A stretch of DNA of 20,000 nt from IMG/VR virus record IMGVR_UViG_3300035698_020436; one strand, written 5' to 3'. Positions within the stretch are counted from its first letter, which is position 1. Every line of letters begins with the position of its first letter. This DNA comes from an uncultured virus (IMG/VR IMGVR_UViG_3300035698_020436) (lineage: Duplodnaviria > Heunggongvirae > Uroviricota > Caudoviricetes). Made by a program: the position numbers and the translations under genes. Below, in pieces: positions 1 to 8,045 of the stretch. A model generated the notes under the pieces. That model worked only from the letters and a program-made list of their open reading frames with translations. It did no database searches and had not been told where the DNA came from.

Positions 1-324
1 CTATCAGAGGCTACCAATATTCTGTTGATGTTTAGCTATAAGGGAATCCCTTACAGAATTCATATGGATATACCACCCCATAGTACTTGGAAAGGGTCCA
101 AAAAAAGCAGAGACCAGGAAATCCGTCGTTTGTGGAGAGTATCTTGGCTGGTCGTAAAAAATAGGGTTGTCTTAATTGAAGAAGGTGCAGAACCTTTCCA
201 GGCTGCTTTCCTGCCTTATATGGCAGTCGGGGGAAACAACACATTATACGAAAAAATGCAAGGTGCCTTGGAAGATGGTCGTGTTCATGATGCCCTTCCA
301 GCTATACCGTTTTATGAACCCTAA
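1..324 (+). CDS. Phage-type hypothetical protein, 5'-truncated by the window edge
   Basis: Frame +1 is open from base 1 (LSEATNILLMFSY...). The C-terminal EIRRLWRVSWLVVKNRVVLIEEG..FQAAFLPY segment resembles a recurrent phage hypothetical family. Its stop overlaps the next ATG (TAATG at 322-326). Confidence 0.7.
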   Translation, partial: LSEATNILLMFSYKGIPYRIHMDIPPHSTWKGSKKSRDQEIRRLWRVSWLVVKNRVVLIEEGAEPFQAAFLPYMAVGGNNTLYEKMQGALEDGRVHDALPAIPFYEP

Positions 325-620
325 TGAGGAATAACATGTTTGAAGATAAAACTATTACATTGACCTGTGTTTGTGGATGTGGTTCTATCAGATTCGACCT
401 TTTTGCTGAGGAACCAGAAGTCTGTGTTACTCCTTATGCTCTCATGAGCCGGCCAATAATTATGCCAAATTCTATCTGGAATCGGGTAAGACTGGCTTGG
501 GGGGTATTATTTGGGAAATATCCTGAGCCGACTATGATAATCGACCAAGATGAAGTACCACTGCTCCATGAATTTTTACATCAAACTGAAAAAGCTTTGA
601 AAAAGAAAGAAAATAAATGA
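324..620 (+). CDS. Hypothetical phage protein with CxCxC motif
   Basis: Overlaps both neighbours (TAATG upstream, ATGA downstream). Has CVCGC and a WNRVRLAWGVLFGK segment typical of small phage proteins. An alternative start at 336 follows GAGGA (326-330). Confidence 0.7.
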   Translation: MRNNMFEDKTITLTCVCGCGSIRFDLFAEEPEVCVTPYALMSRPIIMPNSIWNRVRLAWGVLFGKYPEPTMIIDQDEVPLLHEFLHQTEKALKKKENK

Positions 621-1126
621 TTTGGTTTACTGCCGATCCGCATTTTGGCCATAGAAATATTATTAAATATTGCAAACGACCCTTTAAGGGTCCGAAAGAA
701 ATGGATACTGTTATTAGGACAAACTGGAATGCTTTGGTTAAACCCAAGGATACCGTTTACGTCCTTGGTGACTTTTCCATGTCCACTAATAAGAAAAACC
801 TTGAAGATTGGTTTAATGCCCTACACGGTAAGAAAACTCTTATCGTAGGTAACCACGACTCCAAGGCTTGTCTCAAGCTCCCGTGGAAAGATGTGTTTGA
901 AGTCAAACAGATACGCCATTCTGGCCATAGAATCTGGTTGAGTCATTATGCCCATAGAACATGGCCGAATGCCTACCACGGTGCAATGCATCTGTTCGGC
1001 CATTCACACGGAATGCTGCCACCCTACCGACGCTCAATGGATGTCGGAGTTGATGTCTGTGACTTCAAACCGATATCTGGAGACAAGGTAGTAGAGATAT
1101 TAATGAAAAAAGAAACAACTTCGTAA
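617..1126 (+). CDS. Calcineurin-like metallophosphoesterase
   Basis: All metal-binding motifs are present in order: DPHFGH, LGDF, GNHD, SHY, GHSH, then C-terminal DVGVD. Confidence 0.93.
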   Translation: MIWFTADPHFGHRNIIKYCKRPFKGPKEMDTVIRTNWNALVKPKDTVYVLGDFSMSTNKKNLEDWFNALHGKKTLIVGNHDSKACLKLPWKDVFEVKQIRHSGHRIWLSHYAHRTWPNAYHGAMHLFGHSHGMLPPYRRSMDVGVDVCDFKPISGDKVVEILMKKETTS

Positions 1127-1135
1127 GGAGAAGTA

Positions 1136-1336
1136 ATGGAAAATTTAGCTGAAGTAGATGTTGAGGTTTTAGTTCATGGTGAAAAAGCCGTGAAAGTTAC
1201 CAATGGTGTTATGGTGTGTTGGGTCAATTACAAGATCATCGATGATGATTCAGAAGTTCACGAGAAAACCCCAGTCGGCACAACGGCCACTTTAGTCATC
1301 CCTGAATGGAAAGCTGTCGAAGAAGGTCTTGTATAA
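1136..1336 (+). CDS. Small hypothetical phage protein
   Basis: SD AAGGAG just upstream. The EKAVKV...CW...IPEWKAVEEGL pattern is common in small phage proteins. Confidence 0.75.
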   Translation: MENLAEVDVEVLVHGEKAVKVTNGVMVCWVNYKIIDDDSEVHEKTPVGTTATLVIPEWKAVEEGLV

Positions 1337-2330
1337 TCTGACGGATTTTTTCAATGTCTGTTACTTTAACATCAGGGTTACAAGGTAGGCAAATAATCCG
1401 TTTGAACATTCGTGTTGCATTTGGCATATCAAGAACTGGACGATAATACTGTCGAGCATCAACACCTTCATTTTTCAGTTTCTGAATCACTTCCTCAGCA
1501 TTATCTAAGAATATCGGAAAACAGAAAGGCACACTGTTCTCCCCAACGTCAGGAAGTACCTCAAAACCATCGAAAACGGCTCTGTATTGGACGTTTAGAG
1601 CTTGAAGGTGTCCTTTTATACCCTCAAGATTCCTAATCAAGTGGGCATGGATATAAGCTGCCGTGATACAATTCATTTTCCCATTAAAACCAAGATCTTG
1701 ATGGCTTATTGATATCCCGAAATTGAGAATGGACCGAACAGTTTTCTCATATGCTTTCTTAACTATAGCCACACCACCCTCAGCAAACCCGATTTGTTTC
1801 GTATGATGCAGGCTGACGATTGAAGCATCTCCATAATTAAGACTGTTTTTACCATTAAAGAATGAGAACGGTGTGGCTGCATTATCAAATACCAAGAGTT
1901 GTTTGCCTTGACCGGCCAGTTTCTCGTATTCTACTGGGGATCGTTGAAGCATTCCGAATAGGTTGGTTACGATCAGAACCTCAGAATCAGGCAGTTCTTT
2001 GAAATTGAGGTCGTCATCAACGTCTGTGATCGTGGCTCCCTTGAGGGGTCCTTCAATGTTACTAGGGAACGTAAATGCTGGAGTGCCTGCCGATGAAATT
2101 CTATGATGGATATGGAAAGCAATGATGATAGCGTGTATGGCTGCTGTACCGTTGACAGATGCTATTACAGCTCTATCATCTTCTATGGCCAGTTCGGCTC
2201 GGAGGTAGGTTTCCAGAGCTTGTACGGCTGGTCCGTAATTAGATAATTGGTTGCTAGATACAGAGGATGCCATCAAAACCGTGGCCAGAGAGTGATCAGG
2301 TTTCTTGTGATTCAACCATGGTATTTTCAT
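1296..2330 (-). CDS. DegT/DnrJ/EryC1/StrS PLP-dependent NDP-4-keto-6-deoxyhexose aminotransferase (viosamine synthase-like)
   Basis: Motifs NGTAA, FTFPS, VFDNAA, SLHHTK (PLP lysine) followed by EGG, and RQYYRP. Adjacent to a 4,6-dehydratase. Confidence 0.92.
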   Translation of the reverse strand: MKIPWLNHKKPDHSLATVLMASSVSSNQLSNYGPAVQALETYLRAELAIEDDRAVIASVNGTAAIHAIIIAFHIHHRISSAGTPAFTFPSNIEGPLKGATITDVDDDLNFKELPDSEVLIVTNLFGMLQRSPVEYEKLAGQGKQLLVFDNAATPFSFFNGKNSLNYGDASIVSLHHTKQIGFAEGGVAIVKKAYEKTVRSILNFGISISHQDLGFNGKMNCITAAYIHAHLIRNLEGIKGHLQALNVQYRAVFDGFEVLPDVGENSVPFCFPIFLDNAEEVIQKLKNEGVDARQYYRPVLDMPNATRMFKRIICLPCNPDVKVTDIEKIRQIIQDLLRQLSIQG

Positions 2331-3278
2331 TTACCACCTGTAGTATTCTTTGAAGTGTTTTACCAGTCCGGGAATGTCTTTCAAGACCCGACGTTTAGGC
2401 TCCCATCCCAAAGATCTCAGTTTTGAATCGTCTACGGCATATCGAACATCTTGACCCACTCGTTTATAGGTCAGGTCTACATATTGTTTCCAGTCACAAT
2501 CTTCTCCGTGAAAAGCCTTGATGATAGTTTTCACAATCTCAATATTTTTTAAAATGTCCGGGCCAGAAATATTAAATACCCCTTCTTGGGTATTTTGACC
2601 CATTAGCATCAGGATTGCCCGGGCAGTATCTTCTGCATGAAGCCATGTACGATAAGGTTCCCCTTGATTATGAAGGATGATAGGATGTTCTCGTTGGAGA
2701 TTTTTAACAGAAAGGGGGATAAGTTTCTCTGGGTATTGATGTTCCCCGTAATTGTTAGTTGGTCGGACCAGAATGTATTTGTGTCCGAATGTTCTTGCCC
2801 AAGCTTGAATAATCAGATCCCCAGCAGCTTTAGTTGCTGAGTAAGGGTTGCTGGGATTCAAGAAAGAATTTTCGTCAAAGAATCCCTTGTCGATGTCCCC
2901 ATAGACTTCATCGGTACTGAAATGAAGAAATGTTGGACGACGAGCTGTGTTTCTCCGCTTGTGTAACATTTTAAGAATATTATAAACACCATGGATATTA
3001 CTAGCAATAAATTCCGTTGTCCCGATGATGCTGTTATCTACATGAGTTTCAGCAGCCATATTGACAATGTAGTCACAATCAGGGAAGAATGTTGTGTTTT
3101 CAATCCCGATTTCTTCAAAATGGAAGTTAGGATTATTTTGAAATTCACCCAGTAGGTTGAGGTTAGCAGCATAAGTACATTTGTCTATACCGTAAACCAT
3201 CCAACCCTGTTCTAAACAGAGACGGGTTAAATGGGAAGCCATGAAACCTAAACAGCCTGTGATGGTTACAATTTTCAT
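2331..3278 (-). CDS. rfbB: dTDP/UDP-glucose 4,6-dehydratase (extended SDR)
   Basis: TGCLGF Rossmann motif, DKCTYAAN, AAETHVDNSI, STDEVYG (catalytic T-D-E), YSATK, NNYGEHQYPEKLIP, DVRYA. Confidence 0.93.
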   Translation of the reverse strand: MKIVTITGCLGFMASHLTRLCLEQGWMVYGIDKCTYAANLNLLGEFQNNPNFHFEEIGIENTTFFPDCDYIVNMAAETHVDNSIIGTTEFIASNIHGVYNILKMLHKRRNTARRPTFLHFSTDEVYGDIDKGFFDENSFLNPSNPYSATKAAGDLIIQAWARTFGHKYILVRPTNNYGEHQYPEKLIPLSVKNLQREHPIILHNQGEPYRTWLHAEDTARAILMLMGQNTQEGVFNISGPDILKNIEIVKTIIKAFHGEDCDWKQYVDLTYKRVGQDVRYAVDDSKLRSLGWEPKRRVLKDIPGLVKHFKEYYRW

Positions 3279-3883
3279 TTGTAAGGCCCTTTTAAAATAG
3301 CTGGTACACCTAAATAAGTACCAGGTTCTGTTATATCGTTTGTTATGACTGAACCAGCCCCAATTCTTACACGATCAGTAATTTTTATTCCTTCTAATGT
3401 ACAGGAATTTGCACCAAATCTTACATCATTACCTATTTGAGTATGACCACTAAGAGTTACTGATGGTGCCGTTGTAAAATATTTTCCTGTATTGATATCA
3501 TGACCAATAGTTGTATAAAGACTGATTTGAGAATAATCTCCGAGATTAACGGATGCCCTGACAGTAGCAAAAGCACATATTACAGAACCCTTCCCAATAT
3601 GTGCTCTTTTGGAAACCAGTGCTCTAGGGTGAATTAACGTCATTATTTCAATATTATCAGGAAGCCTGGATATTATTTTTTTCCGTGTTGTGACATCTCC
3701 TATAGCCAATACCACACTATGGATATTAGGTTTTAAATTGTCAATTGAGATCATAGGAATCCCAAAAAAAGGTTTTTTCTTAAAATCATCTGCAAAGAAA
3801 GCTGGTGTGTAACTATTAGCTTCTAAATTTTCCATTACTGCTTGACCAAACCCCCCAGCTCCTATAATACATATCTTTTTCAT
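3275..3883 (-). CDS. PglD/NeuD-family sugar N-acetyltransferase
   Basis: N-terminal IIGAGGFG, AIGD..R, LIHP, then hexapeptide repeats with the IGHD His and a terminal GVPA. Confidence 0.9.
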   Translation of the reverse strand: MKKICIIGAGGFGQAVMENLEANSYTPAFFADDFKKKPFFGIPMISIDNLKPNIHSVVLAIGDVTTRKKIISRLPDNIEIMTLIHPRALVSKRAHIGKGSVICAFATVRASVNLGDYSQISLYTTIGHDINTGKYFTTAPSVTLSGHTQIGNDVRFGANSCTLEGIKITDRVRIGAGSVITNDITEPGTYLGVPAILKGPYK

Positions 3884-4371
3884 TTGATTTTCCTTGCTGG
3901 AGACCCTACATAAGTACCGGGGTCTGTGGTATTGTTAATAATTAATGTGTTATATCCAGTGGTCACATCGGGACCAACGGTGCATCCTGCAGCAATGATA
4001 GTACGCATTCCAATAACACACCCAGAATGGATTTCTGTAAACAAATCATCCATCTGTTTTCTGGATTGTATTTGTTTTGAGTGGGATGTAATAACAGAGC
4101 CTCCGAAATAAACATTATCGTGGATGATAACATTTCTTGAAATCAGAGAACGCTTACTTATTCGGACATTATTACCTATGGTACAAGGTCCTGTTGTATT
4201 ACAATAATCATCCATTTCAACATCATTACCAATGATAGTCCCTGAACATAATTTCACATAATCACCGAGAGTTACATTATCCCCAACAGTAACCCCATCC
4301 TCAATAATAACAAATTTTCCGATTTTGAAATTGGAACCTGATTTGAAATCCTCAGCTATAAAATTAGTCAT
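3880..4371 (-). CDS. Hexapeptide-repeat (left-handed beta-helix) acyltransferase, WbpD-like size
   Basis: Continuous hexapeptide repeats (VTVGDN-VTLGDY, TIIGND, CTIGNN) and C-terminal YVGSPARKIK. No Rossmann domain. Confidence 0.85.
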   Translation of the reverse strand: MTNFIAEDFKSGSNFKIGKFVIIEDGVTVGDNVTLGDYVKLCSGTIIGNDVEMDDYCNTTGPCTIGNNVRISKRSLISRNVIIHDNVYFGGSVITSHSKQIQSRKQMDDLFTEIHSGCVIGMRTIIAAGCTVGPDVTTGYNTLIINNTTDPGTYVGSPARKIK

Positions 4372-4375
4372 CTGA

Positions 4376-4909
4376 TTATTTCACTCCTTCCACAATCAAA
4401 TTGCTGAATTCTGGACCCCGCCGTTCAAGTCCTGATAGTTCTGGGAAATTACTTTTACGGTGTTCTACAAGATAGACTTTATGGAATCCAGCAGCTTTCA
4501 TTAAAGCTGTAAGTGTTTCTTCATCATAGATAAATTGATGGCCCCATTCCCTGAAAACCCCATTAAGATAAACAGCCCCAGTTTTCACAGGGAAGTCTAA
4601 TTGTTTAATCCAATCTCGTTCGGTCCAATTTCCTGAATTATAAAGTTCTAGGGCTGCTTTTAATCCTGGTACAGCTACTCGTAATACTCCGCCTGATTTT
4701 AACATTTTATGGCATATTTTAGTGGCTTTGAATCCATTTTCACGAGAAAAATGTTCCCACACATGCTCACTAAAAATGAAAGATGCACTGTTGTCCTCAA
4801 AGGGGCAGGGATGTCTAATCACATCCCATTGAACATCACTTTTTTTAGTCCTGTCTATATTCACCCAATTTTTTAAAAGGTGTCCACCACAACCAATATG
4901 GATTTTCAT
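4376..4909 (-). CDS. Class I SAM-dependent methyltransferase (COG4627-like)
   Basis: KIHIGCG motif I, WVNID, PFEDNS..FIFSEHVWEHF, LKSGGVLRVAVP. Start placed at 4909 (MKIHIG) because of the ATGA overlap with the upstream gene and an AAGGAG SD. Confidence 0.88.
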   Translation of the reverse strand: MKIHIGCGGHLLKNWVNIDRTKKSDVQWDVIRHPCPFEDNSASFIFSEHVWEHFSRENGFKATKICHKMLKSGGVLRVAVPGLKAALELYNSGNWTERDWIKQLDFPVKTGAVYLNGVFREWGHQFIYDEETLTALMKAAGFHKVYLVEHRKSNFPELSGLERRGPEFSNLIVEGVK

Positions 4910-5673
4910 TTCTTTGGTTCTCCTTTTACAATTAAACAATGAGATTGTATTCCTGTCGGATTAAACCATTGTCGAGTAGGGACTCCTCCCCAAGCATCTA
5001 AGGTAGCTCCCATATCAATACATATTTTCCCAAACTTATCTCGTAAATATACCCCTGTGTCTTTGCCCCCTGCCCCATTAGCCCATAGAACTACAGTTTC
5101 TTTTATAGAATGTAAAGCTTGAAGCCTAGTCTCCCTGTCTTGTAATTTATCTTTACGGTCCACTTTGGTGTAAGATATAGGACAGCCTAATAATTGATCA
5201 AGGTTATTACGCCTCATCCCATCTACATAAGTCCCTATTATATGAATACCTTTTAAGTCTCCTAATAATTCTCGGAAAGATTTAATAGACCCTAAATAAG
5301 AAGACCTACAAATTTGGTGGTCTGCAATGATGGAAGGGACAGGTAAACCCCAACTCTCAAAATCTTTAGTATATAAGCGTCCGTCTAAAAATACTTTTTT
5401 CATAGGGCAACTATCTTCGGCTAAGATACCCAACATGTCGGTACGGAGTGCTCTTTTTAATACCTCCCCCATATCATTAAAGGCTTGTTCTTTTTCATCT
5501 GGGTATTGAAAACCCCAATTATTACACAAAGCCTTAGCAATGAAATCTTTTCTTTTTAGGACTGCAACATCCCCATCCCCAAACCGAGTAAATGTGAAGG
5601 GTTCTCTTTTTTTGATAACATCCTTCAATAAAAAAAATGTATCCTGATCTGATATAGTTGGAATTAATAACAT
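4906..5673 (-). CDS. GT-D fold (DUF1792-like) glycosyltransferase
   Basis: PFTFTRFGDGD near the N-terminus matches the RFGDGE hallmark. C-terminal GKICIDMGATLDAW matches the AxDxG motif. Confidence 0.75.
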   Translation of the reverse strand: MLLIPTISDQDTFFLLKDVIKKREPFTFTRFGDGDVAVLKRKDFIAKALCNNWGFQYPDEKEQAFNDMGEVLKRALRTDMLGILAEDSCPMKKVFLDGRLYTKDFESWGLPVPSIIADHQICRSSYLGSIKSFRELLGDLKGIHIIGTYVDGMRRNNLDQLLGCPISYTKVDRKDKLQDRETRLQALHSIKETVVLWANGAGGKDTGVYLRDKFGKICIDMGATLDAWGGVPTRQWFNPTGIQSHCLIVKGEPKK

Positions 5674-5676
5674 AAT

Positions 5677-6951
5677 TTATGCCTTTTGAATATGTTCATT
5701 CTTTAATACACCACGAGTATCAACTACTAACTGAGCACGACGGCCAATGTCCTCCCAGTCGTATTGAGAATGATTGGTGACAATTACTACTGCATCGTAC
5801 TGTTCAATGAACTCTAAGGATGCCGACCGACGAATGGATTTATGACGGCGGGTTTCCCAGAGTTCAGGAATGAAAGGGTCATTATAACTCACAAGAGCCC
5901 CGGCCTCACTGAGGATTTTTATAATCTCCAACCCAGGGGATTCTCTCATATCATCAATGTCAGGCTTATAAGCAACACCAAGAACAAGCACTTTACTCCC
6001 CTTCAAGGATTTCTCATGGTCATTCAGAGCTGCTGCAACCCGACCTACAACGTAATGAGGCATCTGAGTGTTGATCTCTCCTGCAAGCTCAATGAACCTG
6101 GTAGTTAAACCGAATTCCTTTGCTTTCCAAGTGAAATAGAATGGGTCAATGGGAATGCAATGGCCACCGAGTCCGGGGCCTGGATAGAAAGGCATAAATC
6201 CGAAAGGTTTGGTTTTAGCAGCTTCAATAGCTTCCCACAAATCAATGTCCATCTCAATACAAGCCATCTTCAGCTCGTTTATCATGGCAATGTTGACGGA
6301 TCGGAAGATATTCTCCAGCAACTTAGTCATCTCTGCCACTTCAGGACTGCTTACAGGGTGGACGGTATCGATGACAGATTCGTATAAAGCAACAGCTCGT
6401 CTGGTGCATTCGGGAGTCAGGCCTCCGACGACTTTAGTGATGTTACTTGTGTTGTATTCTGGGTTGCCTGGGTCTTCTCGTTCAGGGGAAAAGGCTAAGT
6501 GGAAATCTACTCCAGCTTTGAGGCCAGAAGTTTCCAGAATGGGCAACATCCGTTCTCTGGTTGTTCCGGGGTATGTAGATGACTCCAGAACGACCAAGGT
6601 GTCCTTCTGTAGGTACTTAGCTATCGTATGTGACGTTGCATCCACAAAAGACAAGTCAGGTTGTCTGTGGGCGTCTAAGGGGGTTGGGACGCATATGATA
6701 ATAGTGCCACATTTCTTTAGATTTTCCATATCTGATGTGACAAGCATTGTCTGGTGTCGAGCATCTGTAAAAGACATAGCAGCTTGAACTCGTTCATCAG
6801 GTACTGTTTTTAAATAAGATACCCCTTGTTCAAGTTTAATGATCTTATTTTCATCAATGTCAAACCCAATAACTTCTTTACAGTGCTCATAAAAAGTCAG
6901 AGCTAAGGGAAGTCCAACGTATCCGAGCCCTATGACACCTATTGATTTCAT
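5677..6951 (-). CDS. wbpA: UDP-N-acetylhexosamine 6-dehydrogenase (WbpA-like)
   Basis: GLGYVG, CVPTP, ESSTYPGTT, SPEREDPGN, KLLENIFR, GGHCIPIDP (catalytic Cys), AYKPDIDDMRESP. Confidence 0.93.
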   Translation of the reverse strand: MKSIGVIGLGYVGLPLALTFYEHCKEVIGFDIDENKIIKLEQGVSYLKTVPDERVQAAMSFTDARHQTMLVTSDMENLKKCGTIIICVPTPLDAHRQPDLSFVDATSHTIAKYLQKDTLVVLESSTYPGTTRERMLPILETSGLKAGVDFHLAFSPEREDPGNPEYNTSNITKVVGGLTPECTRRAVALYESVIDTVHPVSSPEVAEMTKLLENIFRSVNIAMINELKMACIEMDIDLWEAIEAAKTKPFGFMPFYPGPGLGGHCIPIDPFYFTWKAKEFGLTTRFIELAGEINTQMPHYVVGRVAAALNDHEKSLKGSKVLVLGVAYKPDIDDMRESPGLEIIKILSEAGALVSYNDPFIPELWETRRHKSIRRSASLEFIEQYDAVVIVTNHSQYDWEDIGRRAQLVVDTRGVLKNEHIQKA

Positions 6952-8045
6952 TTTAATCTCCCGTAAAAACCAAAGAGTTTTTCATTTTTTAAGGTTTCTG
7001 TGTGGATTTCTTCAAACAATCCTTTATATCTGCTGATTATATCTACTGAACCTCTTGGAAAACACCGGAGATGAGAAGGACCACCGAATGAAGGAACACA
7101 CCCAACTACAAAAGACCCAGAAGGCAGTTTTTGCAGTAAAGCAATGTCATCTTCCACATGCTCAAGGGTTTCAAGAATACTGAAATACTGATAATCACCC
7201 CAACCTGTGAAATCTTTAAAAGTTGATGTTATTACTTTGTTAGGAGTTCGGACAGATGCTTGTTTGACAGCTTCAGAGGAAAAATCAATACCGTCTACAT
7301 ACAACTTAGCTTCTGATGCTTCTTGTAAGAAACCTCCTGGCCCACAACCTACATCTAACCCTTGAAACTCAGATTGTTGATTGTCACGAAGAACTCGAAC
7401 AGCCCATTTATAGTAAAATTTGCGGCCTCCCTCATATCTACCTATTACTGCAAACACATCATCGTAATATTCAGGGGGTGCCTCTTTTTTAGGGTTTTTT
7501 TTATACCATGCCGTAATGTTTGTTTGATTTCCATCACGCCCATCAGAAAACAATAAGGTTTCAGTATTGTACCCTGCTTCTGTAAAAAGCTGTGGCTGTG
7601 AGGATGACAGGTGTATCTCATAAGGGTTACCTCTTACAATCCCTTGAGGACAATCACCACAAGGACATCCTGTGATAACTAACCCACGAGTTAGTTTTTT
7701 CAGTTTTTCAAGGATTCCTGGTAATTCCTCAGCAGGGACATGTTCGGGGCCGTGCCACCACATAACCACATCATATACATCCCCTGAATCCACATAATCT
7801 CGAATATCTGCATGGATAACTTTATGAGAAAAGCTTCTTAGAACTTTTACGTTAGGCTCCCACACTTCTAAGAAAGTTACATCAAAATTAGAAAACATTT
7901 TCACATGCCTTCCACCAGCACCTTTAGCTCCAATATACAACATTGTTTTATATGTTTTAAAATCCCCATCATCATCGAAGACCCTTTTCAAACTGGTGGG
8001 TCTTTCAGTCATAGGTTTTTCTACATTTAAAGTCCGAGTTATCAT
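6948..8045 (-). CDS. Tandem two-domain SAM-dependent methyltransferase
   Basis: Domain 1: MLYIGA, FLEVW, HADIR, YDVVMWWHGPEH, NPYEIHLS. Domain 2: LDVGCGPG, GIDFS, ETLEHVEDD, VP. Confidence 0.82.
   Translation of the reverse strand: MITRTLNVEKPMTERPTSLKRVFDDDGDFKTYKTMLYIGAKGAGGRHVKMFSNFDVTFLEVWEPNVKVLRSFSHKVIHADIRDYVDSGDVYDVVMWWHGPEHVPAEELPGILEKLKKLTRGLVITGCPCGDCPQGIVRGNPYEIHLSSSQPQLFTEAGYNTETLLFSDGRDGNQTNITAWYKKNPKKEAPPEYYDDVFAVIGRYEGGRKFYYKWAVRVLRDNQQSEFQGLDVGCGPGGFLQEASEAKLYVDGIDFSSEAVKQASVRTPNKVITSTFKDFTGWGDYQYFSILETLEHVEDDIALLQKLPSGSFVVGCVPSFGGPSHLRCFPRGSVDIISRYKGLFEEIHTETLKNEKLFGFYGRLK

Noticed and set aside
4910..4939. N-terminal extension MFNCKRRTKE of the methyltransferase in the ORF track
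   Set aside because: The ATG at 4909 has an SD and an ATGA overlap, and motif I follows immediately.
6209..6787. 192-aa plus-strand ORF
   Set aside because: Antisense shadow of the well-conserved wbpA gene, with no recognisable motifs.
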